Shown here piece by piece: positions 1 to 9,025 of a stretch of 40,707 nucleotides of DNA. Every line of letters starts with the position of its first letter. The first letter of the stretch is position 1. The DNA comes from an uncultured Acetatifactor sp. (GTDB lineage Bacteria; Bacillota; Clostridia; Lachnospirales; Lachnospiraceae), in NCBI GenBank assembly GCA_947644185.1, contig CANRZC010000001.1:1-40707 (forward strand), written 5' to 3'. Made by a program: the position numbers and the translations under genes. The notes under the pieces are model-generated. The model was not told the DNA's origin, ran no database searches, and saw only the letters and a program-made list of their open reading frames with translations.

Positions 1-1
1 C

Positions 2-103
2 AAAGAGAATATTTTGGAACGGAGGAATGAATTTATATGGGAAAAGAGAGAAGAGTTTGACATGCTTTTGGATTTGCAGCCAAAAGTCGAGGAGGAATCC
101 TAA
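2..103 (+). CDS. 3' end of a gene running in from the left edge (possibly an AAA-family ATPase)
   Basis: Open frame from base 2 (KENILERRNEFIWEKREEFDMLLDLQPKVEEES*). Its TAA overlaps the next ATG (TAATG at 101-105). The product guess rests only on the 'EEFDxLLDL' ending and is weak. Confidence 0.45.
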   Translation, partial: KENILERRNEFIWEKREEFDMLLDLQPKVEEES

Positions 104-247
104 TGCCCTTAAACGGTTTTGTGTCTCTGTGTGACAAGAATGCCGCACAGATAGTATCTAAAGATAAAGGAAATCCCCAATATCACAGGGGAAATAATCC
201 TGGGAGGGCTTATGCAAAAGACAGGCTTCCTGGAAGAAGATATCTGA
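103..247 (+). pseudogene. Probable internally deleted/frameshifted remnant of a small hypothetical gene
   Basis: GGAGG RBS and a coupled ATG give MPLNGFVSLCDKNAAQIVSKDKGNPQYHRGNN. After ~37 codons the frame runs on into the convergent gene. The +1 frame carries a plausible C-terminus, QKTGFLEEDI* (TGA 245-247). Confidence 0.4.
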
Positions 248-269
248 ATAGAATGATGCAAATCAGAAG

Positions 270-1817
270 TCAGAAGAACCTTCTCCCCGCCTTCTTCTCC
301 CATTTTTGAAGCTTTGCTCGCAGGCCCAGCATCTGGCTGTCCGGCGAAATTTTGGCAAGCTCTTCGCAAGCTGCCAGCCCTTGCCTGGCAAAGTCCCCTG
401 CTTTCTGCCGCTGCCGCATTTGGATGGATGTCTCCGCTGCTAAGGCTGCGCTCAGGGCCACAAGCTCCCAGGCTGCCGGGTTCCCATTTGTCTTCGCTGC
501 CCTTTCCCCGAAAGCAATGGCCTGGGTAGCATAGAATTCTACCCGCTGAACATCCCCATCTTCTGTGGCAATCAGAGCCAGATATTCGCAGCTCTCCGCC
601 CGCAACAGGAGAGACGGCCCCTCTGGAACATGATAACTAGTATTGTCTGCCAGGTTGGATAGCGCCCTCTCCAGCGCCTCTCTGGCCTCCTGCTGCCGTC
701 CGGCCTGATAGTATTGCACCCCTAACACCTCCAGCGCCGCTATTCGGCTGCCGTAGAGCTGGGCGGAAATCTCAGTCAGCAGGTTCTTCACCACCATACT
801 CTCCTGCTCTCTACTCTCTGTCTCCAAAATCTGAAGCGCCCCGTCAAAGGACTTCACTCCCGCTTCACTTTTGGGGATAGCACCTTCCAAATCACCGCCT
901 AGCTGTATCTGCGCACTCTGCTGTCTGCAGACCATAGCCAGCGCCCCCATAGCAATGGCTCTGTCGTGCCCCCACACATCTTTCTCCAAAAACTGTCTGA
1001 TCTCCCCCTCACAGGAAGTCATGATACTCCCATCGCCACAGTGCACGAAAGCATCTATGCCATGATTGCTGCGCCCCCAAAGCCTTCTGGCAAGGTAATA
1101 GTCAGAGCTGTGCGCCCTGGCCAGCCTGCCGTAGATCTCCTCACCTTTCTCATAGCAGTAGTTCCCCTTTTCTGCATCTCCACTCTGATAGCACATGGGG
1201 CCCATTCGGAAATAAACATCCGCTGTCTTCTCACTGATCCCTGTATCCTCCTGACAGCAGGTTTCCACATATTGCAGAAGGGGCAGCATATGGAGGAAAA
1301 TACGGTACATCTCCGGGCCCTCCAACAGCCGCTCATGTACCCCTGCCGCCTCGTTTCCACATTCCACACAGGCCCAACTCAGGAAGAGTCTCTGCTTTTC
1401 GCTGTACCTGTTCTCATCCCTCTGGAGACAGGAAAAACAATTCTCGCTCTGGGCAAGCGCCTGGCCATAGTATTTTGCAGCTTCCCGATTCTCCCCCTGA
1501 TCCAGATAGAGCATTCCGTTGATCCTGGCGTATTCCATCTCCAGATACCAGTATCCCGCCCTGTCCGGTTTTCTGCTCTCCAATGTGCGCAATAACGGTT
1601 CGTAATGCCGCATCAGGGGCTCCAGCTTCCCGAAATCCCGGGTGAAGGTATGGAACCGCAAAAGCTCCTCCATCTGTTCCAGATAGTCCAGGAGCTTATC
1701 GGTATCGAAGTCTGCCGCTTTTCTCGAAGAGTCGTGCCAGTTCTCCTCCAAATATTTCTTCCTAGCCTCCCAAGCCGAATCCTCATAGTCCTGATACTCT
1801 CCCCATGTCAGTCTCAT
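270..1817 (-). CDS. TPR-like alpha-helical repeat protein, function unknown
   Basis: 515-aa ORF with repeated TPR-like helices (AAKYYGQAL, GNYCYEKGEEIY, LGVQYYQAGRQQEAREALERAL). ATG at 1817 follows GGGGGA; the ORF-track start at 1865 is possible. Confidence 0.7.
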   Translation of the reverse strand: MRLTWGEYQDYEDSAWEARKKYLEENWHDSSRKAADFDTDKLLDYLEQMEELLRFHTFTRDFGKLEPLMRHYEPLLRTLESRKPDRAGYWYLEMEYARINGMLYLDQGENREAAKYYGQALAQSENCFSCLQRDENRYSEKQRLFLSWACVECGNEAAGVHERLLEGPEMYRIFLHMLPLLQYVETCCQEDTGISEKTADVYFRMGPMCYQSGDAEKGNYCYEKGEEIYGRLARAHSSDYYLARRLWGRSNHGIDAFVHCGDGSIMTSCEGEIRQFLEKDVWGHDRAIAMGALAMVCRQQSAQIQLGGDLEGAIPKSEAGVKSFDGALQILETESREQESMVVKNLLTEISAQLYGSRIAALEVLGVQYYQAGRQQEAREALERALSNLADNTSYHVPEGPSLLLRAESCEYLALIATEDGDVQRVEFYATQAIAFGERAAKTNGNPAAWELVALSAALAAETSIQMRQRQKAGDFARQGLAACEELAKISPDSQMLGLRAKLQKWEKKAGRRFF

Positions 1818-1952
1818 TGTCTCATATCCCCCTGCATTTTGTCTCCTAAGCCTGGCTTCTGTCATAGGCTGCCTTTTCTGGCCATCAGCGCTGAAGCTCC
1901 CTTTTTCTAAGACCGCCTCCGTCTTTTTTCTCTCTGGACGCAGTGCCGTGCC

Positions 1953-2972
1953 TTACAGCGATATCTTCTCAGCCAGGCAGGTGTAGATCTCCGCCTGCTG
2001 CAAGGCCTCCTCATAGCAGGACGCCCCCTGCTCCAGGTCTTTGCCGAACAGCGCCAGAGGCACCCTCCTGACCTCCTCATAATCTGCCAAAAACCCCGCG
2101 CCCACCACGGAGGCATCCCTGTCCCCATGCCTGCTTTCCAAAGCCTCCGGCACATCCCCTCCGGCACGGATCAGTTCAAAATTCCGAACCCCCATGTGAT
2201 CCAGCATACCATCCTCAGAGACATGAAAATCCGCCACCTGGAAAAAGCTCTCATAGTGCAGGCTGTGGCTCACAGCTGTGATGCCCTTGGTTTCCACCAG
2301 GGTGTAAAGGCTTTCTGCATAGGACTCCGACAGATAGGATCTGGTCATAAAATATTCGCCGGACAGATAATAGTCCGCCCTAGAGGCATAATCTGCTCCG
2401 CTCAAAACGGAATGGACAGAGCTGCCATCGTCCGTGGCCAAATCAAACAGTGCAAAGCCTGTCAGCCTGCGGTTATAATTTCGCACCATCTCCGCCCGTT
2501 CACCAGAGCTGTATTGGGACTTCTCCTGCGCCGAATAGACGCCGGTGGAAGAGAATCTGGACAGATGCCCCTCCTCTTTCATATACAGCAGATAAATGCC
2601 TTTCTCTCCTGCCAGGTGGAACTCTGTGGCATACCTCCAGCCTCCCTCCTCCCGTGGAGTGGCCAGATCGCAGATAAGCCACGCCTCCACCTGCTCCCAG
2701 GGCAGGCTCCACCAGAACAGACCGCTGGTATAGCCTCTTTCCTCCCGGTACCTTTTAAGCTGCTCCCTCAGGCTGCTTAACTGTGCCAGGAGCTGCTCCT
2801 TAACCGGGTCAGGCTTTTGTCCCCGCCCAAAGAGCCCTTTTCTTTGCGGAATCGCGATTTCCAGCCGTTCCTTCCAGTTGAAGCTTTTCTCCAGCAGCAG
2901 CCTCTGAATTTTTGCTACCTGAATTAACAGCCTCCTATAGGTATCGTCCGATTCTTTCCTGTCGAAAAACAT
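1953..2972 (-). CDS. Hypothetical protein (339 aa)
   Basis: Long ORF with RBS (AGGGGA), co-oriented with its neighbours. No family motif recognised. Confidence 0.75.
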   Translation of the reverse strand: MFFDRKESDDTYRRLLIQVAKIQRLLLEKSFNWKERLEIAIPQRKGLFGRGQKPDPVKEQLLAQLSSLREQLKRYREERGYTSGLFWWSLPWEQVEAWLICDLATPREEGGWRYATEFHLAGEKGIYLLYMKEEGHLSRFSSTGVYSAQEKSQYSSGERAEMVRNYNRRLTGFALFDLATDDGSSVHSVLSGADYASRADYYLSGEYFMTRSYLSESYAESLYTLVETKGITAVSHSLHYESFFQVADFHVSEDGMLDHMGVRNFELIRAGGDVPEALESRHGDRDASVVGAGFLADYEEVRRVPLALFGKDLEQGASCYEEALQQAEIYTCLAEKISL

Positions 2973-3048
2973 AGCTGTCCCCTGCCTTACCCATTTCCTT
3001 CACGACACACCTGCCACAAATGTCCGTCTGCCGCCTTTCGGAACCGCT

Positions 3049-3504
3049 TTATTTCTCCTCTTTTACCTTGACATCACCCTTCCGATTGGGGCGCACGGAT
3101 ATCCGAAATACATCCCCCTCCTTCAGGGTAAAGGAAGCATAGCCCACTCCAACAGAATTACTGTTGGCGCTGTCTGCCCCCATAGAGGCTCCGGCCAGCA
3201 TGGAACCGCCCCCTGCACCTGCAGTAGCTGCTCCCAGAATAGCCCCTGTCATGGCGCGGGAAAACCGCTTTTGTCCGGCTTTTGGATCCGTGAAATACAG
3301 GGTGTGATATCCTGGGGTCAAATCGATCTCATAGGGCGTTTTGCTGGCTTTCAACACCATGGTTGGCTTCTTTACAGTCTCTGGATCCTCATCGATCCAT
3401 ACGTTTACTGGCAGTTTCTTAAAAATGTTGATGAACCACCAAAAGGTCATAGCCCGAGAGTAGAGAGATGAATTTTTGACCAGAATAGATACTTGTGTCT
3501 TCAT
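3049..3504 (-). CDS. Hypothetical protein with glycine-zipper-like hydrophobic segment
   Basis: GAGGAGG RBS. Beta-rich N- and C-terminal parts flank AMTGAILGAATAGAGGGSMLAGASMGA. Confidence 0.75.
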   Translation of the reverse strand: MKTQVSILVKNSSLYSRAMTFWWFINIFKKLPVNVWIDEDPETVKKPTMVLKASKTPYEIDLTPGYHTLYFTDPKAGQKRFSRAMTGAILGAATAGAGGGSMLAGASMGADSANSNSVGVGYASFTLKEGDVFRISVRPNRKGDVKVKEEK

Positions 3505-3539
3505 GATAAGACCCTCCTCATATATGTATTTTCCTGATT

Positions 3540-3567
3540 ACTTTATCACAAATTACCCCCCCGGCAA
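3540..3567 (-). promoter_or_regulatory. Putative sigma-A promoter of the orphan cluster, with a G7 tract in the spacer
   Basis: Minus strand reads TTGCCG-16 nt (GGGGGGTAATTTGTGA)-TAAAGT, with TG extended -10. Confidence 0.4.
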
Positions 3568-3657
3568 GTGTTTTTTGCATTTTCCCAATTTTTAAGTCAC
3601 AATTGCCTTTTTGGCGCAGAATACGGTTTTGCAGATGAGTTTCCAACAGGATTTTTG

Positions 3658-3686
3658 TTGGCAAATATATTGGTATGTGATAGAAT
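3658..3686 (+). promoter_or_regulatory. Putative sigma-A promoter for the uma2-mutS2 operon
   Basis: TTGGCA-17 nt-TAGAAT with TG extension, ~25 nt before the ATG at 3712. Confidence 0.55.
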
Positions 3687-3711
3687 AAAAGCAAAAAGGA
3701 GACGTGACAAT

Positions 3712-4269
3712 ATGGGAATGGCCGAGCTGGAACGGAGAAAAGATGAGAAAATAGACGGCGTCATTTATGATATGTCGCCTGCGCCCAGCTATCAGCACGG
3801 AATTGTGAATGGGAATCTCTACGCAATCATAAAGCAGGGATTAAAGAACAGTATATGTATCGTCTCCATAGAAAACCTGGATTTCAAGTACCATCCGGAC
3901 GAAAACGACGACTATCTGTGCCCGGACATTATGATCATCTGTGACAGAAAGCATTTAAAGGGCGGCGCTTACAGCGGAATTCCCAAATTCATTGCAGAGA
4001 CCTTAAGCCCCTCCACCGCCAGGCGGGACAGGGCAGAGAAAAAGGATATCTACGAGAAAGCCGGCGTGGAGGAATACTGGATTGTCTCCCCGGACGGCCA
4101 TCTGGAAATCTATTATCTCAAAGAGGGCCGCTATGTCCTGGAGGAAAGCTATATCCTGCAGGATGATGTGGAGGAAGATCACTACAACGCCGAAGTCGAA
4201 ATCCGTCTGCGGGCTTTCCCCCACATCAGCATGATCTTGCGGGAAATTTTTGAGGGCGTGGAAGCATAA
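3712..4269 (+). CDS. Uma2 family (DUF820) PD-(D/E)XK endonuclease
   Basis: EKIDGVIYDMSPAP..H, 'PDIMIICD', 'PKFIAETLSPST...D...KKDIYEKAGVEEYWIVSP'. AGGAGA RBS before ATG 3712. Confidence 0.9.
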   Translation: MGMAELERRKDEKIDGVIYDMSPAPSYQHGIVNGNLYAIIKQGLKNSICIVSIENLDFKYHPDENDDYLCPDIMIICDRKHLKGGAYSGIPKFIAETLSPSTARRDRAEKKDIYEKAGVEEYWIVSPDGHLEIYYLKEGRYVLEESYILQDDVEEDHYNAEVEIRLRAFPHISMILREIFEGVEA

Positions 4270-4300
4270 AAAGGAGTCATCGCAGAATAAAGGAGTCCCT

Positions 4301-6811
4301 ATGAACGAAAAAGTATTAAAAACCTTAGAATACAACAAAATCATCGAAATGCTGGCGAACAAGGCCAACTCGGCGCCTGGCAAGAAGCTCTGCAGAGAGC
4401 TGGTGCCCTCCACTGACTTAGAGGAAATCCGTAGAAACCAGTGCCAGACCGCTGACGCCCTGCACCGCCTGTTTCGGTTCGGCAGCACTTCCTTTGGCAA
4501 CAACAAGGATCTGGGCTTTTCCATTCGGTCTCTAGAGGTGGGCAGTACCCTTTCTATCCTGGAGCTTTTGAACATCGCATCCATGCTGGACAATGTGGAA
4601 CGGGTCAAGGCCTATGGCAGACAGAACAGGAACAGTGGCAGGGACGAAATGAATGGCCGATCCGGCGCCAGTGGTACAAACCGAAGCGGCGGGAACCACG
4701 GAGGGAATAGCAGTAAGGGAACAGATTCCGGCAACGGCATCTCAGACAGCGATGCCCCCCAGGACACGCTGGACGAATACTTTGAGCAATTGACCCCCCT
4801 CACAGGCCTGGCCAACGAAATCCATCGCTGCATCCTCTCTGAGGAGGAGATTGCGGATGACGCCAGCCCGAAGCTTAAGAATATCCGACGCTCCATGATG
4901 CAGACAGGCGACAAGATCCATGGCCAGCTTACCTCCATGTTAAGTGGCTCTTACCGCACTTATCTCCAGGACGCAGTGATTACCATGCGAAACAATCGCT
5001 ACTGCATCCCTGTCAAGGCTGAGTACAAGGGGCAGGTAAACGGCATGATTCACGATCAGTCCGCCACAGGCTCCACCTATTTCGTTGAGCCTGCCGCAGT
5101 GGTGGAGTTGAACAATAAGCTCAGAGAGCTGGAGCTGGAGGAGAAGGAGGAAATCGGGCGAATTCTGGCGGACTTAAGCGCCCAGGCCGGTGCCCATACC
5201 GAAGAGCTGGCAGGTGACTTGCGGATCATGACCCTGCTGGACTTCATCTTTGCCAAGGCAGAGCTGGCCATGGAGATGAATGCCACACAGCCTCTGTTCA
5301 ATGAGGACCATTTTATCCATATCCGCAAGGGTCGCCATCCTCTGTTGGACAAAAAGAAGGTGGTACCCATCGACATCCATCTGGGCAGGGATTTCGATCT
5401 GTTGGTAATCACAGGCCCCAACACCGGCGGAAAGACTGTATCGTTAAAAACTGTAGGGCTCTTTACCCTTATGGGCCAGGCAGGGCTGCACATCCCTGCC
5501 CTTGACCGCTCGGAGCTGTCCATTTTTACGGAAGTGTACGCGGACATTGGAGACGAGCAGAGTATTGAGCAGAGTCTGTCCACTTTTTCCTCCCATATGA
5601 AGAGCATCGTCCATATTTTAAACCATGCGGACGCAGATTCCCTGTGCCTCTTCGATGAGCTGGGGGCCGGCACAGACCCTACAGAGGGCGCAGCCCTTGC
5701 CATCGCTGTGCTAAATTATCTCCACGACAGGGGTATCCGCACTATGGCTACCACCCATTACAGCGAGCTAAAGATCTATGCCCTTTCCACCTCTTTCGTG
5801 GAAAACGCCTGCTGTGAGTTCAATGTGGAGACCTTACAGCCCACCTATCGCCTGCTCATCGGGATTCCTGGGAAGAGCAACGCCTTCGCCATCTCCTCCA
5901 AGCTGGGGCTGTCGGAGGAAATCATAAATGCTGCCAGGGAGCAGATCGGCAAGGAGGACAAGACCTTCGAGGATGTGATCTCTGACCTGGAGCAGAGCCG
6001 CATTACCATTGAAAAGGAGCAAATGGAAATTGCCCAGCATAAGGAGCGCATCCGTATGCTGCAGGAGCAGCTCCAGCAGAAGAATGAAAAGATAGACCAA
6101 GCAAAAGACCGGATCCTGCGGGAGGCCAATGAAAAGGCCAGAGAGATCCTCCAGGAGGCAAAGGAAATTGCCGACGAAACCATACGGGACTTTCACAAGG
6201 CAGGGGCTGGCCTGGACATCCGGGATCTGGAGAAAAAGCGCCAGAAGGTCCGGGACAAAATCAGCGAGAAAAATGAGCGCCTCTCTGTGAGCGGTATCAG
6301 TCTGAAAGCCCCGGAGAAAAAGGCAATCGACCCGAAGAAGCTGAAAAAAGGCGATTCCGTGAAAATCGTCTCCATGGGCCTCACAGGAACTGTCAGTACC
6401 CTGCCGGATGCCAAAGGGGCATTGTTCGTACAGTGCGGCATCATCCGCACTCACACCAATGTAAAGGACTTAATCTACGCGGAGGAGGAGACAATAACCG
6501 CCCCGAAGCTCCAGCGCAGCGGCGGTGGTTCCGGTTCCGGCAAGATGAAAATGTCCAAGACCATGACCATCTCCACAGAGATCAACCTGCTGGGCAAGAC
6601 AGTGGATGAGGCCCTTGCCCAGTTGGATAAGTATTTGGACGATGCCTATCTGGCCCATCTGCCAAGTGTCCGGGTAGTCCACGGAAAAGGGACAGGAGCT
6701 CTGCGCAATGCGGTCCATGGACATTTGAAGCGCCTGAAATATGTAAAGGAGTACCGGCTGGGCGAATACGGCGAAGGAGACTCTGGCGTTACCATTGTCA
6801 CCTTCCGATAA
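4301..6811 (+). CDS. mutS2: Endonuclease MutS2 (ribosome collision/anti-recombination factor, Smr domain)
   Basis: Start MNEKVLKTLEY after AAGGAG. Walker A TGPNTGGKT, 'IGDEQSIEQSLSTFSSHM', 'DELGAGTDP', C-terminal Smr 'VVHGKGTGALR'. Confidence 0.97.
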   Translation: MNEKVLKTLEYNKIIEMLANKANSAPGKKLCRELVPSTDLEEIRRNQCQTADALHRLFRFGSTSFGNNKDLGFSIRSLEVGSTLSILELLNIASMLDNVERVKAYGRQNRNSGRDEMNGRSGASGTNRSGGNHGGNSSKGTDSGNGISDSDAPQDTLDEYFEQLTPLTGLANEIHRCILSEEEIADDASPKLKNIRRSMMQTGDKIHGQLTSMLSGSYRTYLQDAVITMRNNRYCIPVKAEYKGQVNGMIHDQSATGSTYFVEPAAVVELNNKLRELELEEKEEIGRILADLSAQAGAHTEELAGDLRIMTLLDFIFAKAELAMEMNATQPLFNEDHFIHIRKGRHPLLDKKKVVPIDIHLGRDFDLLVITGPNTGGKTVSLKTVGLFTLMGQAGLHIPALDRSELSIFTEVYADIGDEQSIEQSLSTFSSHMKSIVHILNHADADSLCLFDELGAGTDPTEGAALAIAVLNYLHDRGIRTMATTHYSELKIYALSTSFVENACCEFNVETLQPTYRLLIGIPGKSNAFAISSKLGLSEEIINAAREQIGKEDKTFEDVISDLEQSRITIEKEQMEIAQHKERIRMLQEQLQQKNEKIDQAKDRILREANEKAREILQEAKEIADETIRDFHKAGAGLDIRDLEKKRQKVRDKISEKNERLSVSGISLKAPEKKAIDPKKLKKGDSVKIVSMGLTGTVSTLPDAKGALFVQCGIIRTHTNVKDLIYAEEETITAPKLQRSGGGSGSGKMKMSKTMTISTEINLLGKTVDEALAQLDKYLDDAYLAHLPSVRVVHGKGTGALRNAVHGHLKRLKYVKEYRLGEYGEGDSGVTIVTFR

Positions 6812-6886
6812 TCAGATTGGCAACTTGAAACCAGAAAAGGCGGAAAAAGAAAAAGTAATGGCAAAACTATAATAATAGGAGAGACT

Positions 6887-7597
6887 ATGGTAAATAAACA
6901 AAAAATCTTAATCGTAGATGACGACAACAATATCGCCGAGCTGATAGCCCTGTATCTCACCAAGGAGTGCTACGAGACTATGATTGTCAACGACGGAGAA
7001 TCCGTGATGGCTGCCATGGAAAGCTTCTCCCCGAACCTGATCCTGTTAGATATTATGCTGCCCGGCATGGATGGCTACCAGGTCTGTCGGGAAGTGCGAA
7101 ACAAATATACCATCCCCATTATCATGCTCTCCGCCAAAGGTGAAATCTTTGACAAGGTGTTGGGGCTGGAGCTGGGGGCCGATGACTATATGGAAAAGCC
7201 CTTTGACACCAAGGAGCTGGTGGCCAGAGCCAAGGCGGTGCTGCGCCGCTACAAGCCTGCCGCTACCGCCACCGCCCCTGCAGGCTCCGCTGACAAATGC
7301 GTACAGTATACGGATCTGTCCGTGAACCTGACCAACTATTCTGTGCTCTACAAAGGGCACACAGTGGATATGCCTCCCAAGGAACTGGAGCTTTTGTATT
7401 TCCTGGCTGCCTCTCCCAACCGTGTCTTCACCAGGGAGCAGCTTTTGGATCAGCTCTGGGGATATGAGTATGTGGGGGACACCCGCACTGTGGATGTGCA
7501 CATCAAGCGTCTCCGGGAGAAAATCAAGGATCATGCCAACTGGAAGATAACCACCATCTGGGGAGTGGGCTATAAATTCGAGGTGCGCAACACATGA
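6887..7597 (+). CDS. OmpR/PhoB-family response regulator
   Basis: Receiver motifs (ILIVDDD, LLDIMLPGMDG, KPF) and winged helix (REQLLDQLWG...RTVDVHIKRLREK...TIWGVGYKF). Confidence 0.95.
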   Translation: MVNKQKILIVDDDNNIAELIALYLTKECYETMIVNDGESVMAAMESFSPNLILLDIMLPGMDGYQVCREVRNKYTIPIIMLSAKGEIFDKVLGLELGADDYMEKPFDTKELVARAKAVLRRYKPAATATAPAGSADKCVQYTDLSVNLTNYSVLYKGHTVDMPPKELELLYFLAASPNRVFTREQLLDQLWGYEYVGDTRTVDVHIKRLREKIKDHANWKITTIWGVGYKFEVRNT

Positions 7598-9021
7598 AAA
7601 AGACCCTCTACCTGAAATTCATACTGGCCTATTTCATCTTCGGTGTGTTCAGCTTCATCATTGTCACTACCTTTGTGCCCAGTATGACCAGAGATCATCT
7701 CATCCGAGAGAAGGCAGAGGATCTTTATGTGGAGGCCACCCGTATCTCTGACACCTATGCCACAGGGCTCTATGCCAGCGAGACTGATCTGGAGACAGTA
7801 AAGAGCCAGTTAGATTCCCTTGCAGTGTATCTGGATTCCACCATCCGCATTATCAATCCCTCTGGACGTCTGGTGCTGGATACGGATATGACTCTCAATG
7901 TGGAAGACGAGATTATAATCGAAAATTTTGATCCTATGGCCACTGGGGGCACTTACTACATGGTAAATGATTTTTTCGGCAATTTTGACTCCAACATGCT
8001 CAGTGTGTTCTCCCCCATCACCTATGGTTATAGAGTAAAGGGCTATGTAGTCATCCACTGTGACATGCTGCGAATAGAGGAATCCTGCAACCGCATGTTG
8101 AATATTTCTTATATCACGCTGGTAATATTGCTATTATTGTCCTTGATTATCCTGATCTTCTTCACAGAGATGGTCTATATTCCCCTGCGAAAGATCACCT
8201 ATGCCACAGAGCAGTATGCAGCAGGGAACATGCACTATGAGTTTCAGGTGGAGAGCGATGACGAGATGGGATATCTTGCCGTGTGCCTGAACTACATGGC
8301 CAGCCAGATTGCCAGCGCAGAAGACGATCAGAAAAAGTTTGTGGCCAATGTGTCTCATGACTTCCGCTCCCCTCTGACCTCCATTCGGGGCTATTTGGAG
8401 GCCATGATTGATGGTACCATTCCGCCGGAAATGCATGACAAGTATTTGAACATCGCATTAAATGAAACCCAGCGGCTCACCAAGCTGACCAACAGTCTCC
8501 TGTCCCTGAACAATCTAAACACAAAAGGTATGCTGTTAAAGCGCACGGACTTTGATCTCAACAGTATCATCCGCAGCACTGCTGCTTCCTTCGAGGGGAC
8601 CTGTCGCAAAAAGACCATAGCCATCGAAATGGTTCTCACCGGCGAAGAGATGTATGTGAATGCAGATATGGAAAAAATCCAGCAGGTTCTCTATAACCTG
8701 CTGGACAATGCCATCAAGTTCAGTCACCATGATTCTGTCATCAGAGTGGAGACTTCTATGAAAAAGAATAAACTGTTCGTGTCCGTAAAGGATACAGGCA
8801 TTGGTATCCCAAAGGATGATTTAAAGCTGATCTGGGACAGATTTTACAAATCCGATTACTCTCGGGGCAAGGATAAGAAGGGCACTGGCCTGGGTCTGTC
8901 CATTGTGAAGGAAATCATTAACTGCCACGGAGAGCATATCAATGTCATCAGCACGGAAGGGGCGGGAAGTGAATTCATCTTCTCTTTGCTTTTGGCGGAC
9001 TGCAATGATGATGAGGACTGA
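7594..9021 (+). CDS. HAMP-domain sensor histidine kinase
   Basis: Two TM segments, HAMP, H-box 'NVSHDFRSPLT', N-box 'NLLDNAIKF', G boxes 'DTGIGI' and 'GTGLGLSI'. ATGA overlap with the regulator. Confidence 0.95.
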   Translation: MKKTLYLKFILAYFIFGVFSFIIVTTFVPSMTRDHLIREKAEDLYVEATRISDTYATGLYASETDLETVKSQLDSLAVYLDSTIRIINPSGRLVLDTDMTLNVEDEIIIENFDPMATGGTYYMVNDFFGNFDSNMLSVFSPITYGYRVKGYVVIHCDMLRIEESCNRMLNISYITLVILLLLSLIILIFFTEMVYIPLRKITYATEQYAAGNMHYEFQVESDDEMGYLAVCLNYMASQIASAEDDQKKFVANVSHDFRSPLTSIRGYLEAMIDGTIPPEMHDKYLNIALNETQRLTKLTNSLLSLNNLNTKGMLLKRTDFDLNSIIRSTAASFEGTCRKKTIAIEMVLTGEEMYVNADMEKIQQVLYNLLDNAIKFSHHDSVIRVETSMKKNKLFVSVKDTGIGIPKDDLKLIWDRFYKSDYSRGKDKKGTGLGLSIVKEIINCHGEHINVISTEGAGSEFIFSLLLADCNDDED

Positions 9022-9025
9022 ATTT

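Noticed and set aside
3568..3711. Extended N-termini from the ORF track (uma2 3568, mutS2 4250, nagB 12672, dam 14953, HAD 18453, mrpE 31689, pgl 39145)
   Set aside because: The extensions run through promoter or intergenic DNA. Downstream ATGs have better RBSs and match family N-termini.
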